A program made the translations under genes and the position numbers. A DNA stretch of 64,000 nt from Hydrolagus colliei (taxonomy: Eukaryota). Below the pieces are notes generated by a model, which saw only the letters and a list, made by a program, of their open reading frames with translations, did not search any database and was not told where the DNA came from. The stretch lies in the NCBI GenBank assembly GCA_035084275.1, contig CM068742.1, positions 127,968,001-128,032,000 of the forward strand. The letters run 5' to 3'. Below are positions 1 to 11,714 of this stretch, piece by piece (position 1 is the first letter of the stretch; the number at the start of each line of letters is the position of its first letter).

Positions 1-124
1 TCTTTTTCTCATAATTAAGTGCATAGCCTTTGGTAAAAGCTTGGTGTCAAGCTCTGTTAAATATCCCAAGACGCTGTTTCAAGTGAAGCTAATGAAAATG
101 CAAGCTGTTGTTGTTATTTGATAT

Positions 125-465
125 GTCAGCCTAACTCCGTTGCAAGCATTGTCACCTCCAAGTCGAAAGGTTGTGGGTTCAGATCCTAAACAGGATTTTG
201 AACTTGAATATTCCAGGATGACACTCCAGTGCTTGTGCAGGCGTATGTTAAATATTCCACGGCACCATTTGAAATGAGAAGAAGTTATTCCTGGTGCTTT
301 GGACCACAATTCCCCCAAATAAAATTGGTCATACACTTCACAGTTACTTGTGGCTTATTGCTGTGTGAAGATTGGCTGCCACAATTGCCTATAAAATACA
401 CAGCCACTCCACTTTGCAGCAAATCCTGTGAAGCACTTTGAGTTGAGACATCCTCTGATGTAATG
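125..465 (+). mobile_element. Old tRNA-derived SacSINE1/DeuSINE-like SINE, degenerate
   Basis: Head GGTTGTGGGTTCAGATCC, Deu-like core TTGTGG..TTGCTGTGTGAAGATTGGCTGCC and tail GTGAAGCACTTTGAG; similar to many other copies in the window. Confidence 0.7.
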
Positions 466-510
466 ATTGTGTCAAATATAAGAATTATTTACATTTTTTA
501 ATATAGAAAT

Positions 511-1501
511 TAGGGAACGGCGATATGGGAATTTTCTGGATATGGATATATCGGTTGGCTCATATCGAGATATACCGATATTTTCAGTTTTTTCGTACTG
601 CGCATGCGCGCGCACATCGGAGTGCGCGCGTGTTCCGGGTGCGCGCGCTTTCGGGGTGTGCGCGCATTCGGGGCCTATCTTCTCAGGAGGTAAATATATT
701 TCTCTCTCTGTGTCTCTCACTCTCTCCATCTCTGTGTTTTTCTGTCTGTGTCTCTCTATGTCTCTCTCCCTCTCTCCTCTCTCACATCCCCCCCCATCTC
801 TATCTATCTGTATATTATCACATCCACCCCGTCTCTCCCCCCCCCCCCCCCACCCCGCCATCCCTCTCTCGCACCCCCCACCCCCGTCGTCTCTCTCCCC
901 CACCACCCCTCCAGCCATCTCTTTCTCCCCCCGCCCCCCCCCCGCCGTCTCTCTCTCCCTCCCCCCCCAGCTGTCTCTCTCCCCCTCTCCTCCCCCCCCC
1001 CACGCCGTCTCTCTCACTCCCCCCCCAGCCGTCTCTCTCCCCCTCTCCCCCCCCACCCAGCCGTCTCTCTCCCCCTCTCCCCACCCCAGCCGTCTATCTC
1101 CCCCTCCCCCCAGCCGTCTCTCTCCCCATCAACCCCCCCAGCCGTCTCTCTCCCCCTCACCCCCCCCCCAGCAGTCTCTCTCCCCCTCACCCCCCACCCC
1201 CAGCAGTCTCTCTCCGCCTCCCCACCTCAACCCACAGCCGTCTCTCTTCCCCCACCCCTTGCATACCTGTATTATGTATTCGAGGACTATGTATACAAGA
1301 TGGCGGCTTTGCACCTCGGTCTGTGCATTGTGTATAGAGATGAGCATTCTGGGTCTTGTAGTTGATTGTGCTCGCATCCCGATTTTCTCCCTTGATATAC
1401 CGTTTTTCGATATATCGGTATTTTTAAAATGTCTATATCGGCATACCGATACGAAAATCATATCGGGTTTTACCGATATACCGATATATCGCCGTTCCCT
1501 A
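511..1501. mobile_element. Non-autonomous hAT-type DNA transposon (MITE-like), copy 1
   Basis: Perfect TIRs TAGGGAACGGCGATAT (511-526) / ATATCGCCGTTCCCTA (1486-1501). 8-bp TSD ATAGAAAT at 503-510 and 1502-1509. Subterminal CGATAT/ATATCG repeats; no transposase. Confidence 0.93.
825..1258 (+). repeat. C-rich minisatellite (~CCCCCAGCCGTCTCTCTC)n inside the hAT element
   Basis: Variable-length units of about 20-26 bp read directly; source of the Pro/Ser and Gly/Glu/Arg low-complexity ORFs. Confidence 0.9.
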
Positions 1502-1555
1502 ATAGAAATATATATACATGATAATCTCCACCTACGTTGACTCAGTAAAAAAGTT

Positions 1556-1596
1556 ATGTCACTCTGACATCGATGCTATTGATGTCAGAGTGACAT
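1556..1596. repeat. Short near-perfect palindrome
   Basis: ATGTCACTCTGACATCGAT-gct-ATTGATGTCAGAGTGACAT: 19-bp arms, one G-T mismatch. Confidence 0.85.
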
Positions 1597-1966
1597 CAAG
1601 ATCTGTAGAAAATCCTTTATAATTAGATAAGGAGGCAAAAATACAAAACCTCTATTATCTGTACCAATCCCAAGTCCCTGCATTCTAGGCACTCAGATAT
1701 AAGTAAGTAAGATATAAGTACTTGCCCTCCATAGAGCAACACATTATGTTAAAATATTTGAAAATGCTTTGCAGAGGTTTTCTATCACGTGTAGTGACTG
1801 AACTCATGGGCAAATGCAGAAGATTGTTAGCCAGGACACAGGAAGAAGTTTATTTATTCTTTCTAAGAGGGTTAGTGCATTTTTGATGAGCACTTGAACA
1901 AGCAGACAGGATGTCAGTTTTTTATGTCTCATCTGAAGGATAGCACTTCCACAAACACTGTAATAG

Positions 1967-2004
1967 CAGTTCTGATGAAGGTTCGTGGACCCGAAACGTT
2001 GACT
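1967..2004 (+). ncRNA. Minimal type I hammerhead ribozyme motif (Penelope-associated)
   Basis: AGUU-CUGAUGA-A-GGUUC-gug-GACCC-GAAACGUU^GACU. Core CUGAUGA 1972-1978 and GAAA 1993-1996; stem II 4/5 pairs; palindromic ACGU in place of stem III; stem I AGUU/GACU. Confidence 0.8.
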
Positions 2005-2097
2005 TACTTTCCTTTCTCCATAGATGCTGAGTGTTCCCAGCAACTTTTGTTTTTATATCAGATTTCCAGCATTTGCAATATTTTGCGTTTTGTTTAG
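1967..2097 (+). mobile_element. Penelope-like pseudo-LTR (pLTR) mini-insertion, 131 bp
   Basis: 11-bp TSD CACTGTAATAG at 1956-1966 and 2098-2108. Sequence matches the terminal repeat of the Penelope remnant at 14083-14214. Confidence 0.85.
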
Positions 2098-2669
2098 CAC
2101 TGTAATAGTGTCAGTCCAGACTTTGAGTCCAAACACCTGACATGGGGCTTGCTCCCCAACCCCAACCTCTGACTTTGAGGTGAGGATGCTACCCACTGAA
2201 CCAGGAGGACACCTACCAATCGTTTTATATGGCATTTTTTCTCTTCAGTGGCAAAGCATTATTAGTCTTGAATTTTACAGAATTCAAGCTATGTCCTGAG
2301 GTTTTTCCGTAGAAGCAGCAAGATGGGGGGAGGGGAAGTGATGTCTCCCATGTCAACTTGCATTCCGATAAACATCACTCTAGACAATGTGGAGCATGAG
2401 AGAGATGAGCGACTTTGAGGTGTCATTTCCCTTCCTATGGCATTATTAAAGCAAAGTAATGCCATAACTCTGAGATCATTTCCTTCCTCATTTCCTTCAT
2501 GGTGTAACCTATTTAGACAAATTCTTTACATTTCTTATCGACACAAGTTTCATGGATATGTTCTTGTCCCACAGATTCCTGAGTAAAAATGACTGATATC
2601 TGATGATTTGCACAACAAAAGTCAATTACTTACATGGACAGATTTGCCTAGATACTACACTTCTATATA

Positions 2670-2988
2670 CCACAGAAACCTGCGTTCTATTCCCAGCGAG
2701 TCAAATTGTTGGTCAAGCTTCCTTGTTCCACACACCTCTGTGTGTGGAACAATAAGTACGAGTTGTTAGTCAATTAGCAGATTGCTTTTCTGAGGATAAT
2801 AATGCTTTGAAAAAACAATAAGAATTTGGTCACTCCATCCACGACTGTTTGTGGGACACTGCTGTGTGCAATTAACTGCCGCTTTCCGCCAACAAATATA
2901 CAGTCCATTCACTTTACAGTATATTCTGTGAAGGGCTTTGAGACGTCTAGAAAGGGCTGTATCAATTGCAAGGATTATTATTATTATT
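2670..2988 (+). mobile_element. tRNA-head/Deu-core SINE with (TAT)n tail
   Basis: Core GACTGTTTGTGGGACACTGCTGTGTGCAATTAACTGCC; tail GTGAAGGGCTTTGAGACGTCTAG...GCAAGGATTATTATT. Confidence 0.85.
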
Positions 2989-3034
2989 TCAGCATAAAAG
3001 TCCTGCGAAGGACTTTAAGACCCCCGCCCGAACC

Positions 3035-3207
3035 GCCCCACCATCGGTGGCCGGGCTTTCAGCCTCTCTGCCCCCACACCTTCCCCCTACCCCGATTCCC
3101 TCCCCACCTCGCTTGGGTCCCGACCTAATTGTTCAGCACCTTGGGATGTCCTCCCAATATGAAATGCGCTCTATAAATGTAATTTTGTTGTTGTTTGTTG
3201 TTGTTGT
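3035..3207 (+). mobile_element. L2 LINE 3' end fragment
   Basis: CCACCATCGGTGGCCGGGCTTTCAGC...CTTGGGATGTCCTCCCAAT..GCTCTATAAATGTAATTTTGTTGTTG, the same tail as the L2 at 14265-15222. Confidence 0.8.
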
Positions 3208-6200
3208 AAGACATTTCAAGGCAGTGCCTTGTGTTTTAAACCACAATATGTGCTGCACAATAGTGCCTCTTGACCAAGCTTCTAACTGTCACAGTTCCCA
3301 TCACCCTGAATGCACTATATGAACCTGTGCCCTCCCCATTACCTTCCTTGGTATTCCACCCCATCTCTGTGAAGTGTTGCAACATGTCCTATGTGAAGGA
3401 CGTTATACAAATGAAAGTTATAGTTTTTACCATATTCTTAAAATAGTTTTTTATATATAGTTTCGCAAAAGACTTTCATTGTAATGCAGTGACAGCTCAC
3501 CCTTTTGTTTCTTATGTGAAAGAGACTCTTTTCCACTGCATCCGTTCAGCATGGACTATTAGCTTTTACTATCCAAATGCAAGTTATAACAATAATCCTT
3601 CTAGTTGATTTAGCATCTTATCTGACTATTGAGGAGTCTCAAAGTGTTTCACAATATTGTGAAGTTTAGTGACCGTGTTTTGTAGTGAATGTGGTAGCCA
3701 ACAAACATTGAAGACATGAAGTTATTGACCAATTTTATTTGAGGGGTTGTTAATGCAACCTTTTGACTTAATTAAAATAGGGAAACTCAGCATAGACTAC
3801 AACTTGAACCTGTGTCCTCTGGTCTCGCACTGAACAGTGCCTTTTGACCACTGGGTCATTGAGGGATATGTATTTCGAACACCAGATTTTTTCTGTCTTC
3901 CTCGTAAACAGAAGATTGGAGAAGAGATAAGAAACTGCGTGCTTCTTTTTATAAATCTTTTTATAAATAGCTTTGGATTCTGCATCTGTTTAAATACTGC
4001 CCTTCACTGCAGGGATACCACTTAGTGCTGTTGCACTCTCAGCATGAACATTGTGATCACACAAGTTGATTGCAGACATCTCATATGAAACACTTTTTAA
4101 TCTTACACAGCCTGAATAATACATTACAAAAGCACCAGGTAGTCATCACCAGAAGAGCCAAAATGCTCTTGCATTTGAAGAAAATTTGTTAATGTATTCT
4201 TTATCAACAAATAAAGTACAACATAATTCTGCGTCTATTGTGCAGGGAGAATTTAATCACTCTCTTTTGATCTCAGGTAGACTTTTTTTTTGCATTGGAA
4301 GTCTCTGGATTCCGAATTTACGTGTTTATTTATGCTTATACAGATTATGGATTATACAGTGAAATACTGATTCATATAAAATTCATATTGCCATTGTCTT
4401 CAATAAAAATCTGCCTCTTAGAACACATATGACAACCTCTCTCCTCCCCACTCTCCGTTGCTCACTGTTCAACCCCATGCTTCTAAAGCTTTTCAAGATG
4501 AATCCTACATGAAGGACGTTATAGAAACAAAAGCTGTTGTTGTTGCTGTATTCCAGCTGTCTTCATGTGTGTCGTTGCTTTCTTTTTTGTTCCTTCTGAG
4601 TTTGCAACCCACATCAAACTGGATACATGGAGAGAAATTCCACCTCAATCTATGTTTACTGTATTAGCTGAGCATTTTACAGCATCCACTAAAAATATAC
4701 AGTAAATACACTTATATACAATACATCCTGTGAAGCATTTTGAGATGTCTCGACGACCTGTTAGGTGTGATATCAAATATAAGGATTATTATTATTATAT
4801 CTGTAATCAGGCCTGTTTATCCTTATCTGCACCTCTGTGACTGGCACAGAAGATCTTTTACAATAATGTAAACCTGCATGCATCACAGGCGAAAATATAG
4901 AGTTAGAATATGACAGTCATTTTGAAACACTCCTGCTGATTTGACTCTTGTGGGGTTGAGGCTCTTTTGAGCTATGAAATACACTAGCACATATTATTAA
5001 TTGTTGGGTCTATTTCCACGTTCTGCTAAAGAGCCTAATGATGCTATTTGTGATTTATAATGCTACTTGTGGCTGTGGAAGTGTTATTGACGGCAGAGAA
5101 GAGTATGCAATGGAGGCGTAACAAATGCGTGTCTTTTTTTACTTGTTAACACCTTTTGTTATTGATGAATATTGACATTTTCTTTCTTCAATGTGTTCAG
5201 TGGACATGTTTCAATAATGCCGATCCATGGGAATTTTACCCTGATTAGCAATTGGTTGGGAGTACACCTTGGAAATCATTTGCCTAAGGTTTTGCAACTG
5301 AGCCAAGAAGCTGTACAAATAACAAACATTCATAACGATAGAAAGCTCCTGTATGTAAAGCTGCAATTAAATGAGACGCCTTGTTAATACATATATTATG
5401 TATTTTTTCCCTGCCTGATGGCACATATGCACAATTATATATTGAGTATCAGCAGTGTAAGTCTAGGCTAGTTAAGAAATCTTATAAATGCAAGGTTAAG
5501 TCTTCAAACAACATTGCTGTCTACAGCACCCTGATCAGTTATATAGCATGTTCTTTGGCTATTGTGTGCACAGGGAGAAGGTTAGCACTCAGGGATCATT
5601 TTTAGTTAAAGTAAACGTTCCACTACAAATTTTAGCTCAGTAAAGTAATGGATGTTATGTAATAACAATGAAATGTGAAATAATCATATCAAAATGGTAA
5701 TAAAAATATTGTTACAGTTCATAGTGGTGCATTTGTGTATTTTATATATACATAACGTTCTCTGAGTTTTGAGTGATGCGCATCTTAGTTGATTTGTGCC
5801 GCAGAAACATTTTTTTTCAATTTTTACTAACGCAGCCAGCCATATTTGCAAAGGTTCCTGTGGTACCTTGTGGCAGCCTGATTCACAAAAAAAATAGAGA
5901 AAATCTCTGTGGCCTTAATTGGAGAAGCTATAAGGAAGAGTGTGTGCAATAAATTGCTAGTGAATGAAATTTATCAGTGCATTGAAACAAATTACCCACA
6001 TATCCGGGAGGAAACTGACATTCACAGAAATTGCATCTGCCAGTAGTTAAGTGTGGCCTCATGCTTTCACAGAATGGCTAAGAAATACCAAAATAAATGG
6101 TGTCAAATTTGGATGTTCAATTCATTGTTCGCCTCCATTTTCTCAAAAGCACTTTATCAGATGTCTGACACGAGCTTATTTCTTGCCTTTCTGAAGAAAT

Positions 6201-7227
6201 TGGTGTATGTATTGCAGAGGACAACTGTGATTTGCGTGCGTGTTGACAGCATTCCAGTGGGTAAAAAGAACCTCTCCGTTCCATATGGACTCAGACAGCT
6301 TTTTATGTTTTTGAATGGTTCCAGCACAGCTAAATGAAAGTACTGAAACAAACAACATATGGGATCCGAATACCTACAAAGCAGGGAACAATGCTAAAGA
6401 TTTTGATCGGAATCACAGAAGGTTTGTGGGAATTTTAAGTGGTACATCCCGGAGGTATGATAGTACAGAGACAATGAATAAATCAAAGGGTTAATTTATT
6501 AATCAATGAAACAGTTATTAAACAATTACAATTTTCATGCTTATAACTGCAGAAGGTGATTCAGGGTAGGCTTTCCCTGGGGACACCAGCACACCAATAA
6601 CCCTTTGGCTAATTGTTTAGCAACAAACCCACATGGCCCCATAGGATGCAATATCTCCACAGTGTCCAACTGTGTCTAACACATGGTGTCCAATCTATTA
6701 ACATTTGGTTAGTTAATATACCCCAAAGTTTGAACACATGGTGATGATATAAGAAGGTGTAGCCAGAGGCCATTCTACCCAATCAAAGTTCACAGTTTGC
6801 CTAATCATATTTCAGAATTGATCCATCCAATCATCTTTCCAAAAATCCTAGGTTATTGAGGTTTTAATCTCTGGAATTTTTTAACTCTTTTTGAAGCATC
6901 TGATACCAAATGTGAAAAGTTTAATTTGACAGTTAATTGTCCTTCTTTGACACCTTCACATCGTAAAATACAACACTAGAAGACTGGCTTCAAAATTAAG
7001 GTTGAATTCAACAATTTTACAAAAGATTCCATGTTCTGAAATATCAAATAATGGAATAAATCTAGACCCAAGTGAAATTTCTCCTATGTGTTTTAGAAGT
7101 GACCTGTTGCTTAAATGAAGCGTCATTAATTACTTGTGTTACCCTAATATCTTCAACTCTCCTTTTCTGAAATAAAGACCTCTGCTGTGAAACTCTTCCA
7201 AACTCATTCCACACAATGCACAACAAT

Positions 7228-7258
<31 letters not shown>

Positions 7259-7430
7259 GTTACATTTATATAGCGCCTTTCACGTCGAGAGAACGTCCAA
7301 AGGCGTTGGGACATGTTGTAGAAAGTTGTACTCCTATTGGCTGCAATAAAAAACAAAAACAACAACAACAACAAGATCTTGCATTTATATATCGCCCTTC
7401 ACGCAGGTAGCATCCCAGAGCACTGCACGT
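7228..7430 (-). mobile_element. Two tandem short L2 3' tails with (ATCA)n and (CAA)n microsatellites
   Basis: TACATTTATATAGCGCCTTTCACGTC..GTCCAAAGGCG and CTTGCATTTATATATCGCCCTTCACG..CATCCCAGAGC. Confidence 0.7.
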
Positions 7431-9891
7431 AATCTCTTTACTTGCAGCAAAACCTTTTCTCAGAAATGCACATGTGGAAAAGTGTTCCATGAATAAATAT
7501 GTGTTCCAGCCTTGTAAAAGCTCTCCCACGTGTGTGGTTGCTTTTTGGGGGGCTTGTTAAACTGCCTACTTTTGTTGTCAGAAGGCTTCTGGCATCCCAG
7601 GCTTAGATTGCTTCCTGCTCTCTCTTCTTGTGGATGGGATAATGCTATCAAGCATACTACTGAAATATAGGTAACAAAACATGTTTTCATCGTTTTACTC
7701 CATAACCATTTTAGTCTCGGAAAGTATCCACCATTGAGTGAAGAACACTGATATTTGCATATGAATGGGGGGTATTGAATCTTCCATGAAACAAATTGTC
7801 TTCAAAAGCAATAATTTGACAAACACTGTCTTTTAAAGCTATGTTTCAAAAGAACAATGGAATATTAAGCATGATATTGTTTTGATGGGGTTCTTATCAC
7901 TATTGAAGTGCAGAACATTGGAGCCAATTCAACATGCCAGTACTAGATAGATGTTTGTTGGACCTTATTCTTAGTTATCAAACACGATAATTGTTTTAAC
8001 TGTTTTGTATTTGAAGACCAGGATTCCCCACAAACACAAAACAAAACTGTGCATTTGATATTGAATCCATCAAATTGCTGTTTTGAACAATTGCTATTTA
8101 TAAGTTATAGAAATTGGAGGCTATAAAGTGTAATTACCACTTTCTGAAGCTTTAGGCATGTTTTACATGACACTTCCCATTCACAAGGATGATATTCAAT
8201 ACCAGTACTGAGTAAATGTGATATTTTCATTTGCTGAGTTTTAATCATAGTAAACAATAAGCCATCATAAATTCTCTACAACTGTGGGTTTGTGATTAGA
8301 TTTGGGGTCATTAGAATAAATGAATTGAGTACCTCCTGAGTATTCTCACATCTTCTCATTGAACCCATAATAATTACAATGACATGGCCCTTGTTGAAGC
8401 ATTATGGAATGGCCACTCTGTTTCATGCTTGCTGTCAAAATGACAAATTCTGTCCTGTGTTCAGTCAGTTTTAAAGCAGGTGGGTTTACTCAGAATAAAA
8501 TTACATATAATTCAATTGAATGACAACTACAATTGCAGACTGTTTGTACCAAATGCGAAGGATTTGTGGGATGGAGAAACAAAAGTAGAGAGAATAGCAA
8601 AGAAAAGGAAGACAGCAACAAAGTGGTGTAGAGATGGAACCTGCATGTAACCCACGTGCTTGAAACAAACTCTACACATTTATACTCCCTGTGAGCTTCT
8701 AGCCCTCCTAATCCCATCACCCATTTCCTATGACCCTCCAATGAAATACCTTTGATTATTGCTCATCTTCTTTGGCTGCCAATTTTTCACCTCCAGTAAA
8801 TGAAACCAAGGCTAAGAAGATTATTGGTGGTAGAACGGCAACAGTGAGTGAATCCAACCGGATGACTGAGCCACATTAATGGTCATATTTCTTACGCAAT
8901 GTGCTGTGCAAACTCCTGCTTATTCATTTTTCTAAACAACAACGACAAAATTAAATTTTTAGAGTGTCTTTCAAGTCTGGAGGACGTCCCAAAGCGTTGA
9001 ATTGCTCAATGAAAATAGTTTCAAATAAAATAAAAATGTGGGATCGTTTGTTTCAAAACCTCAGAGATCCATTGCATCAAGTAGCATGAAGACAATAAGA
9101 TTAAGAATGGAAACAATTAAACTGTTTTGATATGTTTTGGTGCTTTGTTCTCAATCCTGAGCATATCTCATACAAAGCATATTGAATCCCATTTGCAATA
9201 TCACCTTCACATTGTTGTTTCTATCTCTATCTTGCTTTAGATCTCTCTGCCACCTGCCCGTTTCAAGGCTGTTCTTTGTACCTCTGAAATTGATTTCATT
9301 AACAGAGCAAAGTGGAGTGTAATTTAACTGAAAACAGATGAAAAATTTCAGTATATGCAAAATCATTTACATGCTATTTAAAATTACTCTGAAGGTTGTT
9401 GGCCTTTCCAATGGGTCAATGAGAGCTTTCTAGGGAATATGTGAGCGCAGAACTCAAATTGAAGCCAGGCCAGGGTATTTATAGAAGCGTGAACAGGACT
9501 GCTGTGAAACCACCTTTTTTAGATTATTCCAGAGGGAGAGACTCCCAATGAAATGCACAATGTCTGCTTTGCACTGTTGAATCCTTGGCTGATTTCCTGT
9601 CAAGCACACATGTTAAATGGAAGACTTGTCTCAACTTCTCTTTATTTAGTTTTGTTGCAGTTTTTCTGTGCCCCAGAAAACCCATTTGGCCATTAAATCT
9701 GCACTTGCTCTCAAAATGAGCTATTGCTCCAATGACTTCAATGTTCCGCCTTGCCTCCTTCTTCCCATCTTCAGATGAAACCTGAATATCTTCCTCATCA
9801 AATTGTTGGAGCTTGATGCCGAGCTGGGATGATGTGACTAATTTTAAGTGCTCCAAAATGCTATCCTGACTATTTAAATGCAAGGTGTTTT

Positions 9892-10369
9892 TCATAGAAT
9901 CATAGAATTTTTACGGCACAAAAGGAAGCCATTCGGCCCATCTAGTCTGTGCTGGCTCTTTGAAAAGAGCAACTCAGTCCCACTGCCCAGCTCTTTCCCC
10001 ATAACCTAACAGACCTGTTCTCCCTAAATAAAGATCTAATTCTCTTTTAAAAGCTATTATCGAATCAGCCTCCACCAACTTTTCAGGCAATGCATTCCAG
10101 ATTCGAACAACCCGCTGAGTGAAAAAAATTCTCCTCAGCTCCCCTCTGCTTTGTTTTTTGAAAATATTTTAAATCTGTGACCACGAGTCACTGATTCGCC
10201 CACCAGTGGAAACAGTTTTTCCTTATTCACACTGTCAAATCCCCTCATGATTTTATAAACCTCTATTAGGTCTCCTCTCAACCTTCTCTGTTCTAAAGAG
10301 AATAAACCTAGCCTAGCTAGCCTTTCCCCATAACTGAAGTCCCTCAATCCTGGTAGCATTCTAGTAAAT
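9892..10369 (-). mobile_element. CR1 LINE 3' fragment
   Basis: ORF 10135-10359 (GLRDFSYGERLARLGLFSLEQRRLRGDLIEVYKIMRG) plus (CATAGAAT)n tail; same family as 30527-31518. Confidence 0.95.
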
Positions 10370-10734
10370 GGTACCAGGATTGTGTTGAATGTACATTCAA
10401 TCTCATGGCATTCATTCCTACACTAACTCCATATTATTTAGAATCTGAATCACTGCTCAATGTTGAATTTGAGGAATGTATCCCTGTATGTATTATATAT
10501 ATTTAGCAATGGTTGTCACAATAATATGGATCCTTTTATTCAGAGAGCATCATGAAGGGCTTTGTATAGTGTATCTGAGGAGCTGTGGCAGAGTTTTATC
10601 TACAGCTCTTGTTTTCCTGTTTCTGATTTGTATTTGTATGTACAACACTTGTATTTTGATAATTACTGGTTAGTGGCTGGTAGTTTAGAATTGCAACATG
10701 TTTGATCTAATTGTGATCGTAGTTAGCTTTAATC

Positions 10735-11375
10735 CTATTATCCTTCCTCCCCTACATCCATTCCCTCACGTACCACCTTCTTCCATCTCTGATACATCGC
10801 CCATCTCTGCCAATGTCTCACCCCAAAAGCCGCTGAAATCCTGGTCCACCCCTTTGTCACCTCTCGGCTGGACTATTCAAATGCCCTCCTCGCTGGTCTC
10901 CTCTCCGCTACCATTCATAAACTCCAGGTCATCCAGAATTCTACTGCCCGCATTCTTACTCTTACCAAACTCCGCTCCCCGTCTTCCCCAGTCCTTGCCA
11001 GACTGCAGTGGCTCCCTGTCCCGGAGAGGAACAATTTCAAGATACTCACTCTTATTTTCAAATCCATCCACCCCTCTGCACCCCCTACCTCTCTGACCTC
11101 CTCTCTCCTCACAACAATACCCGTTGCCTTCGCTCCACTCGTCCTTGTCCCCCGAATCCTCCACTCCACCATCGGCGGCCGTGCCTTCAGCCACTATGCC
11201 TCAAGCCTTTGGAACTCCCTTCCTCATGCACTTCACTTCACCTCACTCTCTTGCTACTTTCAGGTCTCGGCTAATGACCTTTCTTTTTGACCCTCCCCTT
11301 GACTCAGCCCAGGGATCCGTTATCTGAGACGCCGTCCGGCGTGGAGGGACCTATATAAATCCGTGTTGTTGTTGT
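10735..11375 (+). mobile_element. L2 LINE 3' fragment (frameshifted ORF2 end)
   Basis: Encodes LVHPFVTSRLDYSNALLAGL...IHKLQVIQNSTA and a GGRAFS motif; ends CTATATAAATCCGTGTTGTTGTTG. Confidence 0.9.
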
Positions 11376-11714
11376 ATTTCAGTTTCTACATATGCCACAT
11401 CAAGACACTGTGGAAAGAGCAATTTATCAGAAAAATGTCATCGTTTCACTTCTGCCTGATAACTAAAGTGACTTTTATCTCTTCTCTTCCACATGAAACT
11501 CCATATCGAAGACAGTAGTATAACTATGAAATCAAATCTGTTTGCTTTAGTATTATATAGTGCTTTATATAGCAGTAGGTTTTATGGAATATTTGTTCAC
11601 TTAGAATTTGTATTGCAAACATTTCAAATTTCATCAATTATCTTAACAAGGAATAAGATATATTCTTGAAAACTAGGACTATTTAATATTATGCATAGCA
11701 GGCAGAAGATTGGC

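Larger units (their letters stand above)
1890..2205 (-). mobile_element. SacSINE1-like SINE fragment interrupted by the 1967-2097 insertion
   Basis: ATGTCTCATCTGAAGGATAGCACTTCC before the insert, and GTGTCAGTCCAGA...CTCTGACT..GAGGTGAGGATGCTACCCACTGAACCA after it, read as consecutive parts of the SINE minus strand. Confidence 0.7.

Noticed and set aside
472-1540. Long Pro/Ser-rich and Gly/Arg/Glu-rich ORFs (also 20086-21042 and 33223-34645)
   Set aside because: Stop-free only because of the C-rich minisatellite and N runs; open in many frames on both strands; inside a MITE.
6425-6745. Possible solo LTR
   Set aside because: No TG..CA pair with a matching TSD could be found.
9524-9895. 123-aa minus-strand ORF as an exon
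   Set aside because: No recognisable domain, only weak splice signals, and its ATG lies in the CR1 tail microsatellite.
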